From contig OX597841.1 in NCBI GenBank assembly GCA_951406725.2, positions 22,196,001-22,260,000 of the forward strand: a stretch of DNA of 64,000 bases, given 5' to 3'. The notes below the pieces were generated by a model. That model saw only the letters and a list, made by a program, of their open reading frames with translations, was not told the DNA's origin and did not search any database. The position numbers and the translations under genes were made by a program. Below are positions 1 through 13,230 of this stretch, piece by piece. Source of the stretch: Octopus vulgaris. Taxonomy: Eukaryota. Numbering within the stretch: the first letter of the stretch is position 1; each line of letters opens with the position of its first letter.

Positions 1-566
1 TCACCAAAACATTCTCTCACTCTTTCTTACTGTTTCTGTTGTAACTGTATTTCAAAGGACCAGCCTTGTCACACTGAATCTCCCCCGAGGTACACATGTC
101 TGTAGAGTACTCAGCCACTTGCACATTAATTTCACGAGTAGGCTTTTCTGTTGATCGGATCAACTGGAACCCTCATCGTCGTAACCGATGGAGTGCCATG
201 ATACAGTAGAACCTCGCAGTACAAGCTGGCAGCATCGTTAGCACACCGAGCGAAATGCCTAGCGGTATTTCGTCTGCCGTTATGTTGTGAGTTCAAATTC
301 CGCCGAGGTCGACTTTGCCTTTCATCCTTTCGGGTTCGATAAATTAAGTACCAATTATGCACAGGGTTGATGTAATCGACTTAATACCTATGTCTGTCCT
401 TGTTTGTCTCCCCTGTATTTAACCCCTTGTGGGCAATAAAGAAATGTTGCCATGGAGAAAACTCACAACACTACCACCAATTTAGGAGGAGCTCAAAATG
501 CTTATTGTTCTTATGAATTTTCACATTGATAGTCATACATCTATATGAATAGATACACATTTAGTA

Positions 567-1201
567 AACACCAGAAGTACCGAGCGGTCATTTTTCACCA
601 ATTCTGCTTATTACTTTTTAATTTCTACAACTGTATTGAATGTGCAATCATGAACATCATTTCATATGTGTATGAATATATATTTTTCACATGTAAATAA
701 ATGCTAAAAGAATGTATTTTAAAATCCTTTATTCAATGCATTTGCTGATATTTAAAATAAATTGTATTAAATGTGATTTTCAATTACACTTAAAAATGAC
801 CGCTATGGTCTTTGTAAAAAGTAAGGAATGTTGGTACTTCAGCATTTAAACCACCCGTATTCGATCTAATACTCTACCTATTTTATGTTCAAACTGGCCA
901 GAGTCTTACACCTACCCTACAATATCATTCTGAAAATAAACAATCACATCATCAAAACTCGAGAGCTATGAGACAAATTGAAAATAATCATCATCACTGT
1001 CGTTTAATGTCCACTTTCTATGCTGGAAGACAGAGGACTGGCGAGCCAGAAGGCTGCACCAGGCTCCAATCTGATCTGGCAAAGTTTCTACAGCTGGATG
1101 TCCTTCCTGACGCCAACCTCTCCATGAGTGTAGTGGGTGCTTTTTACGTGCCACCGGCACATAAACATTACATTCAGCAGAATAATCTGCATGAGAAAGG
1201 G
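567..1201. mobile_element. Two abutting TTAA-type MITEs at the 3' end of a finger array (homologs 13490-13868, 20631-21078, 32345-33200, 40811-41738)
   Basis: Ends CAC(C/T)AGAAGTACC...GGTACTTC and CCCTT...AAGGG+TTAA; same position relative to the last degenerate finger in five copies. Confidence 0.72.
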
Positions 1202-1239
1202 TTAACTGACCACTTACAGAGAACGATTTAGCACAAATA

Positions 1240-3385
1240 TCAGTGGGATTGCTTCTTCCCCTGATGAACACGTTTGTGAGAAGTTAAGCTGCCATGTTGA
1301 GTAAATGACCTTCCACAAATATCACAAGAATATGGTGTTTCTCCTGTATGAATACGTTTGTGAGAAATGAAAGCACTTTGGTGAGAGAATGATTTACCAC
1401 AGATATCACAGTGATATGGTGTTTCTCCTGTATGAATACGTCTGTGTCCAGTTAAGTTAGAACTCACGGTGAATGATTTACCACAGATATCACAGTGGTA
1501 TGGCTTCTCTCCTGTATGAATACGTTTGTGAGCATTTAAGTTGCCACTTTGAGAGAATGATTTACCACAGATTTCACAGTGAAATGGTGTCTCTCCTGTA
1601 TGAATACGTTTGTGTAAAGTCAAATAAATTTTTTGAGAGAATAATTTACCACAAATATCACAAGAATATGGTGTTTCTCCTGTATGAATACGTTTATGGG
1701 TCATTAGGTAACTACTGGTAGAGAAAGATTTGTTACAGACATCACAGTGATATGGCTTCTCTCCTGTATGGAAACGTTTGTGAGAAGCTAAGTTGCCACT
1801 TTTAGAGAATGATTTACCACAGATTTCACAGTGAAATGGTGTCTCTCCTGTATGAATACATTTATGGGTCGTTAGGTTACTACTGGTAGAGAAAGATTTG
1901 TTACAGACATCACAGTGATATGGCTTCTCTCCTGTATGGAAACGTTAAACCAGTATTGCCAGAGAGTGATTTACCGAAGATGCTACAGGAATACGGTATC
2001 TTATCGTGGCCGTTTGCCAGCCTCGTCTGGCACCTGTGCCAGTGGCACGTAAAAAGCATCCACTACACTCACGGAGTGGTTGGCGTTAGGAAGGGCATCC
2101 AGCTGTAGAAACATTGCCAGATCAGACTGGGCCTGGTGCAACCTTCTGGCTTCCCAGACCCCAGCATGGAAAGCAGACGCTAAACAATGATGATGATGAT
2201 TGAGTGAATGATTTACTACAGATATTACACTGATATGGCTTCTCTCCTGTATGAATGTGTTTGTGAGATTTTAAATCCCCTCGGTGAGAGAATGATTTAC
2301 CACAGACATCACAACGATAAGGCTTCTCTCCTGTATGAAGACGTTTGTGTACAGTCAAGTCATTACTTCGAGAGAATGATTTACCACAGATTTCACAATG
2401 AAATGGTTTCTCCCCTGTATGAACACGTATGTGTAAATTTAAAGCACTTCGATTAGAGAATGATTTACTACAGATGTTACACTGATATGGCTTCTCTCCT
2501 GTATGAATGTGTTTGTGAGAATTGAAGGCACTTTTGTTAGAGAATGATGTACCACAGACATCACAGTGAAAGGGCTTCTCTCCTGTATGAATACGTTTGT
2601 GTAAGAGCAATTCGGAACTTGTACAGAATGATTTACCACAGATATCACAGTGATATGGCTTCTCTCCTGTATGGAAGCGTTTATGAGTAGCTAAGTTGCC
2701 ACGTTGAAAGAATGATTTACCACAGATATCACAAGGATATGGTGCCTCTCTTGTATGAATACGTTTGTGATGAGTTAGGGTACTACTAAGAGAGAAAGAT
2801 TTATCACAGACATCACAGCGAAATGGCTTCTCTCCTGTATGGAAACGTTTGTGATTAGTTAGGGTACTTCTTAGAGAGAAAGATTTGTTACAGACATCAC
2901 AGTGAAATGGCTTCTCTCCTGTATGGTAACGTTTATGAGTAGCTAAGTTGCCAAGTTGAAAGAATGATTTACCACAGATGTCACAGTGAAATGGTTTCAC
3001 CCTGTATGAACACGTATGTGTGAATTTAACCCTTTAGCATTCAAACCGGCCATATCCGGCCAGAATATTTAACCTGTTTTACATTGAAACTGACCAGAGC
3101 TTGCCTCTTAACTCAGCCCTACCATGTCATTCTAAAGCTAAAAAACCCACATCACTGAAATCTCTAAACTACAAGATAATACATGATTAATTCAAAATAA
3201 TATAAATAAACAAACATCACATTTGAGAGAATAATCTGAACACTAAAGGGTTAAAGTACCTAGGTTACAGGATGTATTAGGAATGTATTAGACATCACAA
3301 TGATAGGTCTTCCGTTCAGTATGAATAGATTTGTGGCTATTTAGGGGACTACTCGCAGAGAAAGATTGGCCAAAGATATTGCAGT
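1240..3385 (-). pseudogene. Disrupted continuation of the finger array (ORF pieces 2122-3000 and 1240-1704), broken by stops, a MITE, an RTE-type tail insertion and a frameshift near 1945
   Basis: Intact-looking fingers at 2200-3025 and 1240-1945, no leader peptide or own start; ends in the shared ...QSH* terminus. Confidence 0.75.
3030..3250. mobile_element. piggyBac-like MITE inserted in a zinc finger
   Basis: TTAA at 3026-3029 and 3251-3254; TIR CCCTTTAG...CTAAAGGG; removal restores GAATTTAAAGTAC finger sequence. Confidence 0.85.
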
Positions 3386-3386
3386 A

Positions 3387-5585
3387 TTATGGCCCCTCCC
3401 CTGTATGAATACATCTATGAGAATTTAAAACACTCCTCCGATAGAATGATTTACTACAGGCGTTACACTGATATGGCTTCTCTCCTGTATGAACACGTTT
3501 GTGACGTTTTAAAATACTTTGGTGAGAGAATGATGTACCGCAGATATCACAGTGATAAGGCTTCTCTCCTGTATGAGTACGTTTGTGTGTAATCAAGTTA
3601 CTACTTTGAGGGAATGATTTACCACAGATGTCACAGTGAAATGGCTTCTCCCCTGTATGGAGACGCTTGTGTGTAGTCAAGCTACTGGCTGAAAAGAATG
3701 ATTTACCACAGATATCACAGTGATATGGTTTCTCTCCTGTATGGAAACGTTTGTGAATAAGTAAGCTGTTATGTCGAGAGAATGATTTACCACAGATATC
3801 ACAATAATATGGTGTCTCTCCAGTATGAATACGTTTGTGGTTATTTAGGGTATTATTTTCAGAGAAAGATTTACCACAGATGTTGCAGTGATATGGCCTC
3901 TCTCCTGTATGGATACGTTTATGAGAAGTTAAAGCACTCCTCTGAGAGAATGATTTATTACAGATGTTACACTGAAACGGCTTCTCTCCTGTATGAATAC
4001 GTTTGTGACGATTTAAAACACTTCGATCAGAAAATGATGCACCACAGACATCACAGTGATATGGCTTCTCTCCTGTATGAATACGTTTGTGTAGAGTCAG
4101 GTTATATTTTCGAGGGAAGGAGTTACCACAAATGTCGCAGTGAAATGGCTTCTCCCCTGTATGAATACGTTTGTGTGAATTCAAAGCACTTCGATTAGAG
4201 AATGATGTACCACAGACATCACAGGGATATGGCTTCTCTCCAGTATGAATAAGTTTGTGTGCAGTCAATATATGTTTTTGGAAGAATGATTTACCACAGA
4301 TGTCACAGTGAAATGGCTTCTTCCCTGTATGAATACGCTTATGTATAGTGAAGTTACTGGGTGAACAGAATGATTTACCACAGACACGACAATGATATGG
4401 CTTCTCTGCTGAATGGATATGTCTGTGAATAATTAAGTAACTACGCATTGAAAATGATTTACCACAGATATCACAGCGATATGGCTTCTCTCCTGTATGG
4501 AAATGCTTGTGAATAATTAAGCTGTTACTTTGAGAGAATGATTTACCACAGATATCACAATGATATGGTGTCTCTCCTGTATGGATACGTTTGTGATTAG
4601 CCAAGTTGTTACTTCGGGAGAATGATTTACCACAGATGAGACACTGAAATGGCTTCTCTCCTGTATGAATATATTTGTGATTAGTTAGGATACCACTCCG
4701 AGAGAATGATTTGCCACAGATGTCACAGTGATATGGCTTCTCTCCTGTATGAATACGTTTATGAGGAGTTAAAGCATTACTCTGAGAGAATGATTTGCCA
4801 CAGATGTTACACTGATACGGCTTCTCTCCTGTATGAACACGTATGTGAGAATTTAAAACACTTCGATCAGAAAATGATGCACCACAGACATCACAGTGAT
4901 ATGGCTTCTCTCCTGTATGAAAAGGTTTGTGTCTTGTCAAATGATATTTTCGACGGAATGATTTACCACAGATGTCACAGTGAAATGGCTTCTCCCCTGT
5001 ATGAACACGTATGTGATAATTTAAGGTACTTTGGTCAGAGAATGATTTACTACAGACATCACAATGATAGGGCTTCTCCCCTGTATGAATACGTTTGTGC
5101 TTATTTAAGTAACCCTTTTGAGAGAAGGACTTTTTACAGACATCACAGTCATATGACAATTTTCTTCCTTTTTCTCTATCTTCAGAGAAAAAATGAATGG
5201 ATTTATGAGAAGTTAAAGTACCACGTTGAGAGAATGATTTACTACAGACATTACACTGATATGGCTTCTCTCCGGTATGAACACGTTTGTGACAATTTAA
5301 AGCACTTCGGTGAGAAAATGATTTACCACAAATATCACAGTGATTCGGCTTCTCTCCCGTATGGGTGTGTTTGTGTTCAGTTAAGTCATTACTTCGACAG
5401 AATGATTTACCACAGATGTCACAATGAAATGGCTTCTCTCCTCTATGAATACGTTTGTGCATATTCAAGTTACCCTTTCGAGAGAAAGACTTTTTACACA
5501 CATCACACTCATGTGACAATTTTTGTCTCTCTTTTTTGCTATCTTCTGGAAAAATCAGTTCCTTCACTTTCTCACTCTCTTCCAT
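3387..5585 (-). CDS. Poly-C2H2 zinc-finger protein, 732 aa, ~25 fingers, with a second internal copy of the N-terminal leader peptide
   Basis: ORF of tandem CxxC-x12-HxxxH repeats with TGEKP(Y/F) linkers; [15 protein letters not shown] leader; upstream acceptor at 5945-5946. Confidence 0.93.
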   Translation of the reverse strand: MEESEKVKELIFPEDSKKERQKLSHECDVCKKSFSRKGNLNMHKRIHRGEKPFHCDICGKSFCRSNDLTEHKHTHTGEKPNHCDICGKSFSHRSALNCHKRVHTGEKPYQCNVCSKSFSQRGTLTSHKSIHFFSEDREKGRKLSYDCDVCKKSFSQKGYLNKHKRIHTGEKPYHCDVCSKSFSDQSTLNYHIRVHTGEKPFHCDICGKSFRRKYHLTRHKPFHTGEKPYHCDVCGASFSDRSVLNSHIRVHTGEKPYQCNICGKSFSQSNALTPHKRIHTGEKPYHCDICGKSFSRSGILTNHKYIHTGEKPFQCLICGKSFSRSNNLANHKRIHTGETPYHCDICGKSFSQSNSLIIHKHFHTGEKPYRCDICGKSFSMRSYLIIHRHIHSAEKPYHCRVCGKSFCSPSNFTIHKRIHTGKKPFHCDICGKSFFQKHILTAHKLIHTGEKPYPCDVCGTSFSNRSALNSHKRIHTGEKPFHCDICGNSFPRKYNLTLHKRIHTGEKPYHCDVCGASFSDRSVLNRHKRIHTGEKPFQCNICNKSFSQRSALTSHKRIHTGERPYHCNICGKSFSENNTLNNHKRIHTGETPYYCDICGKSFSRHNSLLIHKRFHTGEKPYHCDICGKSFFSASSLTTHKRLHTGEKPFHCDICGKSFPQSSNLITHKRTHTGEKPYHCDICGTSFSHQSILKRHKRVHTGEKPYQCNACSKSFYRRSVLNSHRCIHTGEGP

Positions 5586-6599
5586 TATTTTTCTTCTGAA
5601 ATCACAATATATAATCTTTTTTTCACCTTTTTGCTTCTATAGTCTTTTATTTACAAATATTTCGTCTGCTGTATTTCAGTCCAGTGTTACCTTTGTCCCA
5701 AAGCTCTCTAGTAAATTTATCCAAGTTTAATTCTTATACAGACTCATCTTGTAGACACTCCAGCCAGTGATGTCCAGAAGGTTTGCTAATAACACATTTC
5801 AGAGTAAATATATCAGAGGAATTCCACCACAGATTTATAGAAACAATCTTATATATCTGTTCTGTACAATATTTCCATTTTGGTCTTTAAAAGATGATAA
5901 ATAATGAGAATATATCTTCAGTTATGCCAATGTCATCTGATATTCTGAAATAATAAAGAAACAACAGTGTAAGATATAGAGGCTACTTAGAAAATACAGA
6001 TTCAACATTTCCCTAGAAAACAACAGAACTTTAAATTTATTAAAATTTACATCAGAAAATCCAGAGTGAAGCTGACATATTTCTCAACTCCAGTTACACA
6101 TTCACACACACATATATATATAGTCAATAAAACATAGATCACAAAAGCACACTCTAAGGAATGGAGCAGTAATTATTAAAAGAAAAATTTAAATTCTGGT
6201 CCCAGAATTACCAAAGGCTTCATCTACATCAGAGCACCAGCTTCGTGGACAGCTTATCAGACTATACAAAACACGGATATGAGGAAACGGTCCAATTGGA
6301 TCTTTTCGTCTGTTGGCTAGGTTTATCCGGGTCTTTCAGGGATTTTGGTTTCATCCTATGGTCCATTACCGTGTTTATACGTTTGGCCTCAAATGTTGAT
6401 ATCTGACACACTGCGGCTACCTATTGCTTTGATTCTTCTGGCTCCCCTAACCAGGCCCTTTTTACCCTGGTTAGAGCATCTGCCTTGTTTGTCTCTGAAG
6501 GCGCAAAGACCACATTCAGCTTCAGGCCGAACTCGCCAGCCAGCTCCCCTAGAATCCCTAGGCGGCACTAAGGCTGTATTTGGTCCTTCAGTTATTTCT

Positions 6600-6700
6600 T
6601 CTACCTGAAATGACATGCATAAGATCTGGTCATCAAATCTAAGTAGAGACTTCAAACTTGAAATCTTCAAAGCCACAGTCGAACCAATTCTACTATATGG
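6600..6700 (+). mobile_element. Short LINE RT thumb fragment
   Basis: DMHKIWSSNLSRDFKLEIFKATVEPILLYG. Confidence 0.65.
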
Positions 6701-6989
6701 AGAGATGTATTAATTGGCTTCTTACCATGTGGACATGAAGAAATCTTCATGTCCACGTGGTAAGAAGTTTAAACTTTTTTTTGTCTCTGTATAGTCTGAT
6801 GACAAAAGGGGATTGTACCTGCAACTGGAAGGACCAGCCTTATCCCAGGGTATCACAATAACTCAGAGCTTCGTTATGGGTGTCTTTAGAGTGCTCAGCC
6901 ACTTGCACATTAATTTCAAGAGCAGACTGTTCAGTCGATTGGGGTTAGAAAAACCCTTTGGTATCATACCACCTGACAGGAAAAGGGGA

Positions 6990-7165
6990 CCACCACAACT
7001 GCAGGGCTGTTATAACTCCTTTCAGTTCTCGCCAAGGTCTTTGCCATGATGACCCTGGACAGAGCATGAAATCATCTGCTTGCTTCCCAGCAGTTAGGGT
7101 TCAAGCCAAAGGGGTCAACTACTGACAGGGTCCTGGATCTTTGCGCACTCATTGAATGCAAGTGG
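6990..7165 (+). mobile_element. Degenerate LINE RT fragment (RTE-like)
   Basis: LLSVLAKVFA...QLGFKPKGSTTDRVL.L..LIE with an internal stop. Confidence 0.65.
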
Positions 7166-7689
7166 AGCTTCCAAACTGAAAGGTGGGGTGGAACTAGATC
7201 TTCGTAGTAAATGTATGTCTGTGACTAGTTACCTAACAGCTCACAATTTCTTCTCTTTAACTCCATAAAGAGAAAAAATTATTGGAAATAGTCATTACTC
7301 ATTTTGCCCCATGAGGAGATTTCACGAATGATTACAAAAAGTTTATCAGCTAAGCAAATGGCCTTCCCTGAATGCATTGAAAACATTATAACAGAATCAC
7401 TCTTTCAGGAAATTATCATTGTTCTCTTTGAGTGTGTAGAAAGAGAAATTTGGCAGAGGCAAGAAAAGGTGAAATTGTCTCTTCAAATTATCCAGAATTA
7501 CATTTGAAAACAAAGACTCAAACACATCAATATCTATCCTTCGACATCTTAAAGATCAGAAATGCAAAAAGCTATTTAAGTATCGAATTCAAATGAAAGA
7601 GAATCAGAGAAAAATTGCAAATGATGTGAAATTAATGAATATCGAATAAATAGAAAAACTCACTGCTTCCACAAATTCAAAAATACATC

Positions 7690-7915
7690 AAACCTGGTTC
7701 GGTTACCTACAGAGATTCCTGGGTGTCTTACAAAAGATATACAAACATTGGGTTATCAACATTACAGGATAAACCACAAAGAAAATTTTGTTGACACCAA
7801 AAATGCACTCACAAAACATCGAACGCTTTTGGCAGGATTTAAAAGAATGGGTGAAAAGGCCAGGTATTCGTTCAAACTATCTACACCTGTACCTGGCCAG
7901 GTAATCATTTATCTC
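7690..7915 (+). mobile_element. Merlin/IS1595-like transposase fragment
   Basis: Translation with frameshifts: DSWVSYK...LGYQHYRINHKENFVD...HSQNIERFWQDLKEWVKRPG...YLHLYLAR, matching the ISXO2-type DDE pattern. Confidence 0.75.
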
Positions 7916-8016
7916 TGCTACAGGAAAGAAAAACAACTAAGATGATAACATACAAAAAAAGTTGAAAAAAAATTTCTGGTGAAATCGAGGAAGCACCCCA
8001 CCCCATCTTAAGAAGA

Positions 8017-8162
8017 GTGGTCCCGGTGCACGCACTCGCGCTAGCTAGTCGTGACTAGTCAATCCTACAACGACTACCTAGCAAAGTAAATAAAATACCA
8101 AAACACAAAGTAAGGATCGACTAGTCGTGATTAGCTAGAGCGAGTGCGCGCACCGGGACCAC
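8017..8162. mobile_element. Short foldback MITE; one arm recurs at ~24297-24346
   Basis: ~50-bp imperfect inverted repeats GTGGTCCCGGTGC.CGCACTCGC / GCGAGTGCGCGCACCGGGACCAC. Confidence 0.7.
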
Positions 8163-8859
8163 CCATCCCTGCGTTTTCCATAGAAAAAATATGCACTTGC
8201 GATATATAAGGAGGTAGAGGGCGATTTTTCGTTCTGAGTTGAGACTTATAAAGAAACTTGTTCGCTGGTTTCCATGACGAGGGGTCGCCTTGTCAAGTGC
8301 GTGTTTCTTGTTCTGTTTGACGAGAGGTTGACCTTAAATAATCGGTTTTGGAAGTTGAGGAGAAATTTGTTGAATATAAAACGGTGACTGGCCACCTCAC
8401 TCTTTCGGACTCAATTTCAGGAATAACAACTATGAAGACCATAAATATTTATTCATGAATAGAAAATGATGAGGCGATGCTTACAATAGAATAATGTCAA
8501 ACAGGTTGGAAGAAAATGAGAAATTACTCATTTTGCCCCGCTTACAACTTTCGACCCCTTCCTTTTATCAAGAAACAAATATTTGGTGAATTATAATAAA
8601 GCATTGGTTTCTCAACATTTCTGTGATCGGAGTTTATTTGGGAATATTTCCCCATCTAAACACACAACAAACAAATGTGGAAACAATGGAAAGTATAAGA
8701 AGAAATGATGAATTACTCATTTTGCCCCGCTTACTAATTTCTTCCCCTTCCCTATATCAAGTGATAAATTATAATAAAGCATTGGTTTCTCAATATTTCT
8801 GTGGTCGGAGTTTATTTTAAGAACATTTCTCCAACTAAAACACACAACAAACTTAAAGA

Positions 8860-9170
8860 AGAAACGATGGGGCGTGTAGGAGGTTGCCGCCATAGCTAGA
8901 AATAGCAGCCAAATGTGGAACAAAATCTGATTCACAAAGTATTGAAAGATTAAATGTTTTCGTTGTTTAATACTTACGGAAATGTCTTTATAAAGGATGG
9001 TGTTGTTGTTGCTATGTCAGGTGGTAAAGAAATCTATTATAAATGCGTTTCGGAGTTAATTAAGAGAAATTCTAAAATTAGACAAATTTGTCAAGATGTA
9101 ATGAATGGAGGCGGAAGAACGTTTAGTGCGCATGCGTAAAAATATACTGATTTCACATTTTGGCACAAGG
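8860..9170 (-). promoter_or_regulatory. Promoter/exon 1 module of the 3387 gene
   Basis: TGCGCATGCG 9127-9136; donor (ACTTAC on +) 8972-8977; GCCGCCAT ~8886. Confidence 0.62.
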
Positions 9171-9647
9171 CCAGCATGGGGGGGATTTTCGGAAAATTCA
9201 CAAGATCCAATTTTTCCGTCATAATTTTCGGGACAAATTGATATATATTTATTATTCTTTTTACGGAATCCCAAGTTTTTGGTTACGGAGGATCCGATTC
9301 AGAAAAAAAAAAAAAATTCAAAAATTGCAATCCCCCACCTCTAAATTTTTCAGCGGGGTTTGGGTCGGAATTTCTCATTTAAAAAAGTTTTAATTAAAAT
9401 TTGAATCTGTGTTTATTTCCCCCCCCCCCCCACGTAGATTGAAAAAAAAGTCGAAAAAAACCCCCCACTATTTTCCTGTGAATTGCTTTCTCATATTTCT
9501 GCAGGAAATTACACTGAAAGAAATCTTTGCAGAAAGGTGAGTAGATTGATAACATTTCTTTCATTATATTATTTGTCATATTTGGCTGTTATTTCTAGCA
9601 TGTGGATAGCCTGCTTGAAGGCCAAGGCCGTAGAATTGGGAGGGGAG

Positions 9648-9694
<47 letters not shown>

Positions 9695-10032
9695 TCTCCC
9701 CTCCCAATTATATATATATATATTCATTTATTTGTTTCAGTCATTTGACTGCGGCCATGCTGGAGCACCGCTTTTAGTCAAGCAAATCGACCCCTGGACT
9801 TATTCTTTGTGAGTCTAGTACTTATTCTATTGGTTCCTTTTGCCGATCCGCTAAGTTATGGGGACGTAAACATGCCAGCATCGGCGGGGGAGGGGGACAG
9901 ACACAGAAACACACACATATATATATATACATATGTATACATATATATATGTATAAACATATATATACATATATATATATCCACATGGCCGCAGCTCTGA
10001 GCTGAAACTAGAAAAAGAAAAAAAATATATAT

Positions 10033-10270
10033 GCCTGAGAGACTTACATGGTGTGGATGTGGGTTTCTTTAAAACTAAACTGGATCTCTTCTTGTTGGGA
10101 GTCCCAGATGAACCTACCTCACGACAGGAGACTCGGATGCGGGCAGCAGCATCGAACTCCCTTGTTGATCAAGTGCCACGTATCAGAGGTGGATTCACAA
10201 ATTAGTGCAGCTCATTCAGCGGTGGTGCCCCAGCATGGCCGCAGCCTTCGGGCTAAAACATTTTTAAGGA
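10033..10270 (+). mobile_element. LINE 3'-terminal fragment
   Basis: LRDLHGVDVGFFKTKLDLFL..VPDEP...RAAASNSLVDQ. Confidence 0.55.
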
Positions 10271-10500
10271 TATATATATACACACACATATATATGTATA
10301 CATACATATCTATATATATACTTTATTTTAAGCAGTAGAAAAAAACATTTATGTGTTTACTCCGGTGTATCTATATACATACATATATATACGTACATAT
10401 CTATATATATATACATACATACATATATATATATGAATATATATAGACATTATGGCTGCCCCCACGTTATCGAGTATGGCCATTGCACGAAGCTTAACTG

Positions 10501-11340
10501 TTATTGGTGCTGTGATCGAATGTGACTTTTTAGCCCAGCTAAAGATCTACAATGTCTTGTACAAAATTGGCAACTAAAACCTTTACTAACAACACTATTC
10601 CTATTATTATTAGTATTATCATTGGTAATACAACCAATAATACCGTTATTATTATTTCTATTAACATTGCCATTGTTATTAACTCGACTATTACTATTAT
10701 TATTATTATCACCATCACTATTATCTTTATATATAAAAGTAAAGTTGTGTGTCTGTCTCCTACGATTTAGATTCCTAACTACTCCCACATTTTGCGGTGC
10801 AGTTAAACCAAAACCGGGTATCTTATAGTCATGATTCATATCGAGCCCTTCTGGGTATTAGCGCGCGTCTACGATGATTAAAAAAAAAAAATTTAACATC
10901 ATTTTTTTCCATTTTTAATGCATTTTTTTGTTATAACTCTCTAAAAATGTTTTATAGTTATTTCCCTTACAAACCCAAGCAACGCCGGGCGATACTGCAA
11001 GTTATTAATATTATTCTTATTATTATAATTGTATGAGGGGTTGGAATTAGCAAGATTAATGCTGGAACTCCCGGGTGAAGAACCTTTATTCAGCATCTTG
11101 GTATTGTGAGAAGATATAATTTGCGAAAGATTTCTAGTGTTAGAGAAATCGGTTCTAACTATGTGGGAATTGATAATAGAATAATATCTAGAATTTTTGG
11201 GAAAGTTCCTAGCAACACCTACACGGAACTGCAAGGGAAGGTTCGATTTAATTTGTTTTCCGAAAGGGATTACGAACCAGATACTATTCTTAGTGACTTT
11301 TGAAGGTAGGGGAAAAATTTCTGGGTTGGAAATTTGGAGT
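10501..11340 (-). mobile_element. Penelope-like retroelement C-terminal fragment, interrupted by the Helitron-like insertion
   Basis: KNSIWFVIPFGKQIKSN...RNFPKNSRYYSIINSHIVRTDFSNTRNLSQIISSHNTKML resembles the PLE WFNPPF...HFPK...IISSHNKKIL region (recognised by eye). Confidence 0.65.
10724..11001 (+). mobile_element. Non-autonomous Helitron-like element (copies ~17982-18500 on -, ~28615-28913 on +)
   Basis: 5' TC...ATATAAAAG; subterminal hairpin CCC(G/A)AGCAACGCCGGG; 3' CTAG (CAAG here); A|T insertion site with no TSD. Confidence 0.75.
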
Positions 11341-11776
11341 TAAATAGCGCTTACCTCCCCTGGTCCGCAAAGAATTTATATTACGTATTGGGCTGCTTAC
11401 ACTATTAGAATTAAAATCACTATTCCTATTACAGTCTTGTTGCTGAGAGAGGCTCCCTTTCTTTCCTGATGAGAAGATTGCGTCATGCACCATTTATTCC
11501 TTTGGAATAAAACCATGTTGTCTTCAAAACATATGTCGAAAGTAAAGAAATTTTGTTAACATCTTCGTTCAACTCCATTCATTTATTTATTCATATATAA
11601 CACACAAATTTCTGCACATGAACCTGGAGTTTCTACCATTGGATAGGTCGCTTCAACCGTGTTTCTGACGTGAATTTGCAACACTGGTATCAGTTCATCG
11701 AATTTTCCATGTTGACGGTAAACATGGGATAATTCATTCACCTATCGATACATATACATATATATACATACATATA

Positions 11777-13063
11777 TGAGGGGCGTTCAATAAGTAATGC
11801 CCCTGACCCACTTCCCATAGCAGTAGAGCAACAAAACTTGGCACAGTTATTAGTCTTTTTCTACATAGGAACCACTCAGAGTTACGCATTTCTCCCATCG
11901 TTTGATGCGGCTCTGGAGACCGTTTTTGTAGAAGAACCCAGCTTGGTCCTCCAACCTCAACGTAACTTCAGAAATCAAGGCTGCATCATCTGGGAAACGC
12001 TTTCCTTTCAAAAACAACTTCATGATTGGGAAGAGGTGAAAATCAGAGGGTGCAAGGTCAGGAAAGTAGGGGGATGGGGAGGAGTTCATAGCCATACGCC
12101 TGTGCTTCTGATCTGGCGACAAGCAAGTTGTGGACCGGAGCGTTGTCCTGCAGGGGGAGGATGCCTTTGCTGATCTTGCCCCACCTCTTGATTTTGATAA
12201 CTTCTCTTAATTTCCTCAAAAGTGAAGCATAATAGGCTCCTGCAATTGTAGTACCCTTTGCCAGGAAATCTGTCATCACTACTCCGTCCTGGTCCCAGAA
12301 GACTGTGAGCATGACCTTGCCAGCAGAAGGCTGCACCCTTGCCTTCTTTGGAGGTGAGTCACGGTGTGTCCACTGCATTGACTGGGCTTTGGTCTCTGGA
12401 TCATCGTGATCGACCCAGGTTTCATCCTGTGTAATCAGTCTTTTGAAAAATTTTGACTCATCTTCTTGGCACATCTCCAAATTCACCCTAGAGCATTCAA
12501 CGCGTTCTTGCTTCTGGAAAGGCGTGAACAACCTGGGAATCCATCTGGCAGACACCTTTTGCATATGCAAATGGTCATGAATGATAGTTTCCACAGACCC
12601 GGTACTAATCTTGACCTCATGGGCTATTTGGCGAATAATTATGCGTCGATCTTCCAAAATGGCAGCCTCAACTTGACGGACAGATGCCTCATCAATGGCA
12701 GAAGGCGGCGACCAGATCTGGGAGCTGTTTCCACAGAGTTCCGACCATGTTTGAATTCACGATGCCAGCGTTTTACAAAGTCATATGATGGGGCATCATC
12801 ACCATAAGTTACTTTCATTTCATCAAAAGTCTCCCGTGGTGTGCGTCCTTTCAAATACAAAAACCGGATCACTGCTCGACATTCAACAGGCTCCATTTCA
12901 CACTTGACTCGGTTCAAACACCTGTAAATCAGAAACCGCAATTAATTCAGAGCTGTAATTTGCCACTTACTCTATAGAGATATAAATGATTGCACATGCA
13001 AAATTTCAGCTAGATCAAACAACTGCAAGTGGGTCAGAGGCATTACTTATTGAACGTCCCTCG
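11777..13063 (-). mobile_element. Full-length (~1.29 kb) mariner element with frameshifted D,D34D transposase
   Basis: TIRs (C/T)GAGGGGCGTTCAATAAGTAATGCC / GGCATTACTTATTGAACGTCCCTCG flanked by TA; motifs WIPRL, ITQDETWV, LQDNAPVH, YFPDLAPSDF spread over three ORFs. Confidence 0.95.
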
Positions 13064-13085
13064 TATATATACATATATATGTATG

Positions 13086-13139
<54 letters not shown>

Positions 13140-13230
13140 CATACATATATATATATACATACACATAAATATATACATACATATATATATACACACATAT
13201 ATATATATATATCTATATATATACACACAT
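13064..13230. repeat. (TA)n/(TACA)n microsatellite, one of many in the window (e.g. 9650-9692, 25427-25620, 27597-27668, 63148-63186)
   Basis: Direct inspection. Confidence 0.95.

Noticed and set aside
3387-5585. Regular 84-bp repeats with variable inner segments resembling a CRISPR array
   Set aside because: They are C2H2 finger codons in a eukaryotic locus; no cas genes or unique spacers
4706-5599. Antisense ORFs of the [19 protein letters not shown] type (many, up to 297 aa)
   Set aside because: Shadow frames of the 84-bp finger repeat; no independent coding signal
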